A stretch of 64,000 nt of DNA from Paraspadella gotoi (lineage: Eukaryota > Animalia > Chaetognatha): positions 21,149,755 through 21,213,754 of the forward strand of contig CM119267.1 of the NCBI GenBank assembly GCA_051294375.1, written 5' to 3'. This document shows, in pieces, positions 13,185 through 23,100 of the stretch. Each line of letters begins with the position of its first letter. Position 1 is the stretch's first letter. The position numbers and the translations under genes were made by a program. The notes below the pieces were generated by a model. The model ran no database searches, had not been told where the DNA came from, and worked only from the letters and a program-made list of their open reading frames with translations.

Positions 13185-15557
13185 TCTGTTGCGATATAAA
13201 AAAATAAAAATAATGCCGATAAAAATAACATGAAATGTGAACATGTAAACACTTCATTGATAGGGAGGCCATGTACTCTGGGAGTGAATATACTGGACTA
13301 TATGAAAGATAATAACATAGCAGAGTTCTGCTATGTTATTATTTTGTAAGAGGGAAGGAGGCCTTATCCCACCGTAGCCTGTTTAAAGTCAGTGGCAAGA
13401 TAGCCTATTTTTTGAATAATTGACTGGATAATTATATATTGGTTGTACCAATTTCATAATATCATGTTTCAATGGGCAACTTCACTCTCTCAACTACAAA
13501 GAAATTTTGATTTAATTTTTCAGCATCCGCAAGAAATCGAAGCTGGCAAAGGCGGCGGACGCGGCGGCGGCGGCGGCCACGGCGGCGGCCACGGCGGCGG
13601 CGGTGGCCACGGAATGTGGTCTAATTGGACGCCTTGGTCCGATTGTTCGTCATCGTGCTTTAAATACCGACACAGAACTTGTCAAAATCCTGTCATGGCC
13701 CTCAAAAATTTGGGCCTTGACAATCTTGGCCTCGACGATCTTGGCCTCGGAGATCTTGGCCTGGACGATCTTGGCCTCGATAATCTGAACCAAGATTGGG
13801 TCGAACAAGCAATTTTACAAACGTTGAGCAATTCTTGGCAGAAGAAAGCCATAAAAGGTAAGTAATATACTGTATGATTAAATATCAAAAGTTAAAAACA
13901 TTATGTATATGTCAGTGAATATTTTCTTTGTCCTCGTTTAACTTCTAAGCTCCTTAAAGTTTATATAAATACTTAATATATAAATATATAATTATTAAAA
14001 AGGACCAAATTTAAGTTTGAAAATAAATAAAATGAATTTTGCATTACAGGATTTTTCTTTTAAGACTAAAAGAAAAATTTTGTGAGCAAAATAATGATCT
14101 AATGATCTAATGACAGGAAGAGGAGATGTACTGAAGAAATTTTAAACTCCTGATTAATAATTTTTTGAAAAGGTTGGATAAAATCGTTGATAACGGGAGG
14201 AGGAAGAGGTGAAGGAGGAAGGGGAGGAGGAGGAGGAGGAGGAACAACAGGAGATCCCGCCTGTGAAGGTCCAGGTAAAACTTGCTATTGTATTGTAACT
14301 TATATCTATTTTTGACAATTTAAATATGTTTTACTGAACTTCTGCAACAAGCAATGTTAGAAAATTTAGTTTTCAAAAGTTTTATAAATGGTATGTAATA
14401 AAAAAGAGCCATTTTTAGTTGTCTGTCTCACTTACGTGAAAAATACTAATAATTCGGATAATTCTTTATCAATTTAATTTATATTTGGTATGAAAGTAAG
14501 TTACATAACACTTTTAATGTGCATATGTATATATTAGAGCGTTGAAAAATAACAAAATATAACAAATCAAGTGAGGTACATAGCTATTTTAGTGTAATGT
14601 AGTCTGTAGAATTTGATGGTGATGACCATTTTTTTGGATAATTTTATCTTTCTTGTCGAAAATGACGGTTTTTAATGTATATAAAATTGTTATAAAATAG
14701 CAAAACTATTATAAGTTATGATAAATCAAATTATTAAAATTTTATAAAATTTATATGAGCTTTTGAAATATAAAAATAAAGACTTATAAAAATATTTTGG
14801 TAAGTTTATTTCTAAATTTTATGTTTTATTAAAAGTTCGTTAACTATATTTATTAATAATTATGAGTAAAAATTAGGTTAAAGTTAAAAAATAATAATTT
14901 CAAAATTTTTTTCATGGATTTGCATTCTTTGCAAAAAGTTGATATAAGAAAATATAATTTTTATATCAAAATTATGTCATTAAGTTGGTCAAAATTCAGA
15001 AAAACTATAATTTTAAACCAAAAATTAAAAAATTAAACAAAAATAGTTTTTAATATTTTTAACCTACTTAATAAAAGAATTTTTTAAAATGGATTATACT
15101 TTCTTATATCAACTTTTTGTAAGGAATTCAAATCCGGTTTTAAAATTTTTATTTTTTTATTTTTTCACTTTAGCTTATTTTTTATTATTATTTATTAATA
15201 AATATAGCTAACAAACTATTAATAAAATATAAAATTTGTAAATAAACTTACCAAAATATTTATATGGGTCTTTATTTTTAGTTAGATATGGCTTTTATAA
15301 AATCTTAATAATTTGAGTTTCTTATACTCTACAATGTTTGCACCATTTTAATAGCACCTTATATGCTGCAAAAATCGCCATTTCCGACAAAGAAGATGAG
15401 ACTATACAAAAAATGGTTATCATCATCGAATTCTACAGACTTTATTACACTAAAATAGCTATGTACCTCACTTGATTTGTTATATTTCGTTATTTTTCAA
15501 CGCCCTAGTATATATCATACTTGTGAAGTTACGTGATCACCTGAAAATAGATTTTTA

Positions 15558-15611
<54 letters not shown>

Positions 15612-16842
15612 TTTTTTTTTTTTTTTTTTTTTTTTTTATTTTTTTTATTTATTTATTATGTTTTTTTTTAATTATTCCATTTCCATATTCCTAGCTTATG
15701 AATCAAAATATTGCTGCGACGCCCCAACAACGGATTACCCTTGGTCAAATTGGGGCAATTGGGGCAGTTGGGGAAATTGGGGCATTTGGGGCAGTTGGGG
15801 CAATTGGAGCGATTGCAACGGAAACTGCGGCTACGGTGAAAGATACAGATCTCGAATTTGCATTGGTAAGCTCCTGCTGGATCGATCCCGGTTTATTTAA
15901 TTATTATCAAACTAACTTACATTCAATTCATAACGCTCAGTTGGAAGTTGTTCCGGAAATTTCTCGGAAGCGATCCCCTGTCAACTCGTGCAACCGTGTC
16001 CCGCTTATGGAACCTGGTCAGACTGGTCTCTCTGCACTCCTTCATGCCATGGCGGATATAAATACAGATTCCAAAATTGTAAGACTAAACGTGGTTTTTA
16101 GGTGATACTGGTAATAAGGGACAACAAAAACTTTCCCCAATTTTCCCTAATTTTTGAAAAAGAAATTAGTGTATGTTTTACAAAGTTTACTGTAAATGTA
16201 GGCGGCAAATTCGCCCCGTTTATAAACGTTATTCTTTCGGTTGTGAACCGCTGGCTCATTGAGTAAAATACCCACCCTACGGGGAACGTGAGGACGGCCT
16301 TGGGGGGCTTTGGGGCCTGAAAAACTTCCAAGCCTGGTTTAAGACCCGTTCCTTTGTTGGCGACGAGACGGGTTAAAATCCAAATAAGCGCCTTATTCAG
16401 ATATAATAAATAATATTTTCATTAAATTTTGATTAGGTTCTGGGTATGACTGCGGCCCGATGAACATTCAAAACACGACTTGCAATGGAGGAAACGATTG
16501 TAACGGAACTTGGTCTCATTGGTTACCCTGGGGCCCTTGCAGTCAATCTTGCGGAGTCGGCTGGAGAAATAGAACTCGCGTCTGCTTTGGTAGGAATAGT
16601 TTTGGTTTGGCCAACGAATAGTTTTACGAGGTTAAATAAATAACTATGATTAATTTATACAATGTTTATCTTTTTTATTCTCCAACTTTGTAGGCGAACA
16701 TGACCACGGAATGGTTTGTACCGGCACACGCGATGAACATCAAACTTGCAACGACTTCCTCTGCCCCGCAACACCAACACCAACACCAACATCAACATAC
16801 AATAACACACATCACAACGCGACAACCACCTCCAAGCCCTAA
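12893..16842 (+). CDS. Secreted thrombospondin type-1 repeat (4x TSR) protein, 405 aa, 7 exons: 12893-13063, 13524-13857, 14173-14274, 15695-15865, 15941-16078, 16437-16589, 16694-16842
   Basis: Signal-peptide-like N-terminus (ISLFLLIVGAAHFRVTDA); all introns GT-AG with compatible phases; four WxxW..C...C...RxRxC-type motifs; Thr/Pro tail; AATAAA directly after the stop. Confidence 0.9.
13277..13455 (+). repeat. Dispersed ~150-180 bp repeat, copy 1 (TSR gene intron 1)
   Basis: 5' tctgggagtgaata and 3' tggataattatatattggttgtaccaatttc. The 3' motif is shared with copies at ~29.0, 38.3 and 53.2 kb; the 5' motif with the 38.3 and 53.2 kb copies. Confidence 0.75.
14534..15508. mobile_element. Foldback MITE (~975 bp, long inverted arms) flanked by TA, in TSR gene intron 3
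   Basis: Left ttagagcgttgaaaaataacaaaatataacaaatcaagtgaggtacatagctattttagtgtaat is the reverse complement of the right end. Pairing continues inward to ~14950/15095; TATA context on both sides. Confidence 0.9.
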
Positions 16843-17100
16843 AATAAAAGAAGAAAGAGAAATATTACAAAACAAAGGTTCGGAGGGATAACAGAAGATT
16901 TAAAGACTGGAAAAATGTAAATAAAAGCTGGGCTTTTTTGGTGGATACTGGATGTATGTAGGATTTATTAATGAGTAGAGTTGAGAATAAGTGGTGACTA
17001 ATAACTCTTATGTATCTTGATGGGTAACTTTCTTCTTTCTCTCGTCCTGGACCGAAATGCGAAACTTTGAACAATATGCTTGTCAGCTCGAAATACTCTG

Positions 17101-17266
17101 TCAATTTTTAGAAAGTAGCAAAGTTTGTTTTTTTATTTCAAACAATCAATTATGCTATAATGAAACAGTCATGTTTAGACTCTAAAATTTTTAGAGTATT
17201 AATCAGCGCATGAAAATATAACTCGTTTGAATAAAAAAACAAACTTTCCTTCTCTTTAAATTTGAA
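17101..17266. mobile_element. Short foldback containing a hammerhead relic (minus strand, ~17166-17211)
   Basis: aaagtttgtttttttatttcaaac / gtttgaataaaaaaacaaacttt inverted. The centre reads CTGATTA-stem-TAAA-CATG-AC on minus, related to the 41.3 kb copy. Confidence 0.6.
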
Positions 17267-17849
17267 TTTGCATTTGAAATGTTATGAAACGAAAATCCTG
17301 TTCCCAAATCTGGGAATATCAAAACAGTAAATTTTTTAATCGACTGTATAGGGCAGAAACTTTCTGGTATAGTTGTTGTAAGTAGAAGCCATAATTCTTA
17401 ATTTAATCACTGTTGAATATTTGTGAATCTTTCTGTTTGCTATTTAGAGAATAGATGCACTATAATATATGTTATATTCGCTTTGAAATTTAAGTCGAAT
17501 ATAATCCCAGTTATAACCAAAAAGTTTCACATTCTTTTTCGCATTTTTACGAAAAGAGTAGTTAAACTCCAATATTATAAAATTGCTCATGTTTCAAGTT
17601 AATTCGACGTCTAAAGTTTGAAACGCTTTTTACAAATTCAAGTTTCTTGAGTATCACATATATATAAAACAAAGTGACAAATCAAATTAGCTAAAAAACA
17701 TTTTAAACTTATGCCTCGGTTCAAAATATCAGCAACGACAATAAGGCCGCAAAGACTGTCTTCCTTCGCCAACGACGATGTGCAGAGTTGCAGAGTTGCT
17801 CTTGAGCGCAATAGCAGCGTCTAATGCCTGTTTGAAGTTATTAAAAAGG

Positions 17850-18460
17850 ATCACTCATTCATTTACTATTAGTTTCTTAAATCATTTATTCATCCATCCA
17901 TCGATTTACTGTTCTATTCTTAAATCATTCATTCATCCATTCGTTGGTCCATTCATTAGTTCTTTGATTCATTCGTTCATTCATTCATTCAATCCTTCAT
18001 TGATGCTTTCTTTTCTTCATACATTCATTCACTCTTTCCATCATTCATTCATTAATTCATTCTCCTCGAACTTCAACCTGTTCCCTTCTCCACGCCTTCG
18101 TCGACACACCCCAGTTCGGCCTCGATGTCACTGCATCCCGAAAGCGACGTCCACTGCACCCGATGAGCGACGTAACGAGACTCTCGCGCGCATGAGACTT
18201 CGTTCGCTGCGCATGCGTGGACGCCGCACATCTTGGGGTCGACGGTGATGGAGTTGGTCTGAACATCGACGAGAATGTAGGAATGACTGAATGAATGTTT
18301 TAATAAATGTATGAATGAATTAATACATAAATGAAAAAAACGAATAAATGAATGAATATATAAATGAAAAAAACGAATAAATGAATGAATGATTTAATAC
18401 ATAAATGAAGAAACGAATAAATAAATGAATGATTGAATGAATAAATAAAAAAATAAAGGA
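17850..18460. repeat. Foldback: GC-rich ~220 bp imperfect hairpin (18059-18277) with (TTCA)n left arm and (TGAA)n right arm
   Basis: attctcctcgaacttca/tgaacatcgacgagaat, cgtcgac..cccca/tggggtcgacg and cgtccac/gtggacg pair symmetrically about gcgcgc at ~18188. Confidence 0.75.
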
Positions 18461-19037
18461 AAAAAAATTACATGACATACTTTTCCTTGATTAAATGCAT
18501 TACTTAAACAAATGAAAGATTGAACGAAGTAAATTAAGGTTGGAATTACGTACAACGTTGCACGGGAGTCGCAAATCCTCGTTTCCAAAATAACAGTTGA
18601 GCCCTTCTACGAACAGCGAAGCAGAGATAAGAAAATTCAAAACTAACAATAGCATTGTTTGGTATATATTTATTAAAGTTTTGACGTATTTATTATTTAA
18701 TATTTTTGGAAGAGTCAGCTTCAGAAATAAAAAGCAGTTTTTTTACTTTCAATCGAAATTTCAATTATTACCGGAGTAGTTGAGTCTGAACAATGCGGTG
18801 TCAGCCTACCGTCGCGGATGGAATCAGAACCAATTAAAAAATTGAATTCATCAATCGACTGACCAGTAACTGACCAGTAACTGCATCAGTAACGCCGTAA
18901 GTAATAGGGTCCAAAAATTGGGTCACGCAAACTCGGTCGTTTCCGTGTTTCCTTTTTCGAATTTTAAAATTGGAACAGAAGATATAAAAATTCGAAGAGA
19001 TTTTTTTAAAAAAGGTGACTAAAGGGCAAAAAACATT

Positions 19038-19077
<40 letters not shown>

Positions 19078-19449
19078 AAAAAAACAAACTAAAATCAGCT
19101 TAATTTATTATCGGATTCAGATTATTTATAATCTTTATATGGTTCGTCAGTACGTTGTATGTTTTCGGTATTAAGTATTTTGTTACTCCCTGCCGTTACA
19201 TTATTCTAATTAACTACTCGAATGGAATAAAACTATGCATTGATGTTTCGGCGAAATTGAAACGCTGGACTAATAAAATCTCTCTCGCTCTAGTATTTTA
19301 AATGCTTCGAATGCTGCGTGGCCCGCAGCAACAGCCATCAGCGGAGAAAGCAGCGCGGCATTGGAAAAAAAAAACATGTTTTCTCGTGGACAAATAAATC
19401 CGCACACGCCTCAAACGGATGAGAGAGAGAGAGAGAGAGGAGAGAAGAG

Positions 19450-19527
<78 letters not shown>

Positions 19528-20192
19528 AAAAAGGCGGGAAAACGGGAAATCCCTTCAGAGGCGCAAAAATAACTTGGATATAATCCCTGATGGACGAGAC
19601 TCAGACACGAGAGTCGCTTTGTCATTATTTTTTTATCATCGCCTCCTGATTTATGTACAATTCACTTTCGAGAACTCCTTTTTGTCACAGACGACAAAGA
19701 CAAAGATAAACTTTCCTTATAATATACCAACAAAAATCAAGTTATAAAACTTTTAAAGTAAGAGTGAGAAATTAGACAATTTAGATGGTGTACGCGTAAA
19801 ATGTTTTATTTTAATTCTTTCTTGTTTCAAATATTTTCAAGTAGAAAATATATAAGATCTGAAATGATACGATTTGACGTAGTCTCTGGAAAATTCATGT
19901 AATTTGTATTGAGACAGTGATGATACAAACATTTCAACTTCGCAATTGGTTAATTTTTAGTGGGTCGTCCAGTGCATTTTTGACAATAATGAACCCGACA
20001 CCGTTCGTGACATTTATCTGGTTAATGTTTTAAAAAACGTTTTTAATCAGGTTGATGTTTTAAAGAATAATAAATATGGAGCCTTTCATTGTTTTATGGC
20101 TTTGTCAAAACGTTTTGGACCGTTAATAGTTTTATAGTTTATTAGTTTTTTAAAAATATTATAAAAAGCAACCTGATATTTGTTAAAATTTT

Positions 20193-23100
20193 TCACTCTT
20201 CATTCTGCTTGTGACAACCAAATGCACCAGCGTGCGGCGCGTATCCTTCGGGACATTTTTCGCAGTAATTCCCGCTCAGACTGCTTCGCGATCCGACTGG
20301 ACATGGTCGGCACGGTGATTGGCCTCGAATCTCTGCTTCTCTATCGTAGAAATGATTGGGTTTATCTGAGCAACACGATCCCGATCCCCCGAACGGATCA
20401 TCCCGCATTTCACTCTGAAGCAAATCCCCTTGGCTCTGACAGATTTTTACTTTAGCCTTCAGATACAATTTGGTCTCCGGGAAAATCTCGGGAAGTTTTT
20501 TTTCGCGAGGAAAATCGAGCTGCAACCACCATTGCGATCCAATCAAGCTTGGATAGAAAGGCCCCGGAAATTCTCCGGGCTTTATCACGCATACTTTGGG
20601 AAAAATTTGGGGGCATAACGGCAAATCGTATGGACTGTCCACCGAGTGCGAACAAGAAACTTCGTGAGTTTTGACTATGGTTTGCAGAATGGGAGCATCT
20701 TTGATATTGTAAGGGACACCGTTCAGCTCGTTTCTCAACAACTTCATGGAAGTCGTAATCTCCAGCGATCTGTCAACCCGCAAAGGAAACGGATAAACGG
20801 ACATGGATTTGAGAAAGAATGGAGAATGCGTTTGTATCTGAGCCTTGGTCAACCACCTATTGTCGATGAGCCACTGATCGTTAGGAATTTGAAAGAAGAC
20901 ACCGTCTGTCTCGCCTTCTTGAAATTCCGCTCCTGTACGACCAATCAAAGCAACTAGATCCAAGGTTCCTTTCGGAAGGGTTTTGTTTTCCTGACTTCGG
21001 CCTACGGGAATGTCGACGATCTTCTCAAGAACATTTCCTTCGGGACACATGTAATCGCTTCCCTGTTTGAAACCTTGGTAATCGACCAAACCAAGTAGAG
21101 ATGCGTCGGGATTCCGTTTTAACTCTTTGCACCTTTTGCTCTCGATTCCGTGTTCCAGGTAGGTCTGATGGGCGCACGCCTCCGAAACCTGCTTGATTTT
21201 GTAATTCCGCAATAGAGCAATTGTGTTGTATTTTGCAATCTCAACGTCCACTTCTTGCATCAAAGTGTCCTCAAGATTCATTCTCATTCGCGCGGCTGCG
21301 TTCTGCGCCAATTTAGCGGCGGATATGGATTTTATGGCAACATCAAAGTCGGCTTCTAGCTTCTCCATTTTGTCATAGTGATGCGCCAACGCATCCACCT
21401 CTTCTTTGGTGCGAGGACAAACCCCGAGTCCTAGAGCGACAGCTTTCACAGCTAAGATTCCATTGTTTTCATTGAAGAGGTCGCACGTTCGTTCAATCAA
21501 ATTGCTCAAAATGCTGATCATCCTTGCTCTATCGTTTGATTCAGATGAAAGAGTGACGTTTTTTCCCAGTTCAATCACCTTTTTACAGTCTGTCAGGTTG
21601 ATGTTGTCGCTGGAATGTGCTTTGGCAACTTTGGCCATCGCAACATAATGTTCCTTATTTTTTTCCATTGCTTTCTTAATACTTTCCATCAGCTCAACAA
21701 ATTTATAAAAATGCTCCATAATGTAAGTAAGCTCGGCCATTTGATTGTATTTTCTTTCTAAATTTTTAATTTGTCCTTTGAGTTCAATCATCGCGTTGGC
21801 TATCGAGCCAGGATCAGGTGGAACTTGACCAAATGCTGAAACAGCTAAAAATACTAATGAGACAGCATCTGCAATTTCAGCAGCAATAGTGCCTGTCGTA
21901 AATCCAACAAGATCTTGAAAATGCGATTGTAATCGTGCTGCTGTATCTTCGATCTTTTTATTATGGAAGGTCCAACTTGACTCAAGAACATAATAATCGG
22001 CTTGATTCCTTTCTTCTTCATACTTAAAATTTGTGGTAAAATATTCAGATAATTTTACTATCACATTTTTAATATTTTTATCTGTTTTGTCAAAATTTAC
22101 AGTAATTTTGTCAAATTTTTCATTCATAAACTGGTGCTTGAGTCTTTCGGCATAATTGACTTCTTTGTATAAAATGTTGCTTTCAGTTTTGTGTTTTATC
22201 AGAGACTCTGCCTCCTCAAGGAATCCTCTAATCTTACAATATTCCTGATATTGAGTATCTTTTCCACAATCCCAATTGTAACAAGACGATCGTAAACTCT
22301 CGCGAGAAAGTTTTATTGACTCCAAAATAATATCCAAATCAGATGACATCTTTACCTGGCCAAGTATCTTAAGTAACTTTTCCGGTGTACATTTGGCGCA
22401 CTGAACAGAAACAACATGGTCGCACTTTCTTCCCACATCAAATTCGCATTCGCTAATGCTTTTTTTTTCACTACCAATGCATTTTGTGTTCAGTATGAAA
22501 AAATCACCAATTGAAGCTATGTGATTGGTTTGAAAGACAGGAACTTGATAGTTTCTCTTTGAAAAATGTTTTCCAAGAAACGTATTGCATACGGTGATGC
22601 TTTCTTTGAGTCCCCACCCATCCGAACAAAATCTATAGTAACCAACAGAAGCTACTCCCGTTTTATCAAATGTCAGCAATTTTGGATCAATGCATGTCAC
22701 GCCAGCTTGTTGGTGAAACTCACAAGTAGTTATCGTGCTAAAATCGCAATCTTGAAGTTTTGTATTCCTCTCATCACAAGAAACGTCGGTCAAAATAAAA
22801 TGGTTATTTACTTTGCCAAAATTGCTGTCATGGTGGGCAAAAGCTTTAGTTTCCCGAGAGAAGCCCATTGACTTGCAAGCAACATAGGCATCAGTTTTGT
22901 CCCATTTCTCATGACAGATTGGTCGGCCACCAATCAAAATTGTTCCTTCCATTTTTGCCTCTTTGGGGTATTCTGATTAGATTTAAAAGTATTTTTAAAT
23001 TGATGTGACACCAAAAGAGCAGACCATTGCATTTGAGATGTGCTAACTTGCTTAATAGATTTTTAGTAGATTATAAAGAATGTTTTCAAATAATCATTGT

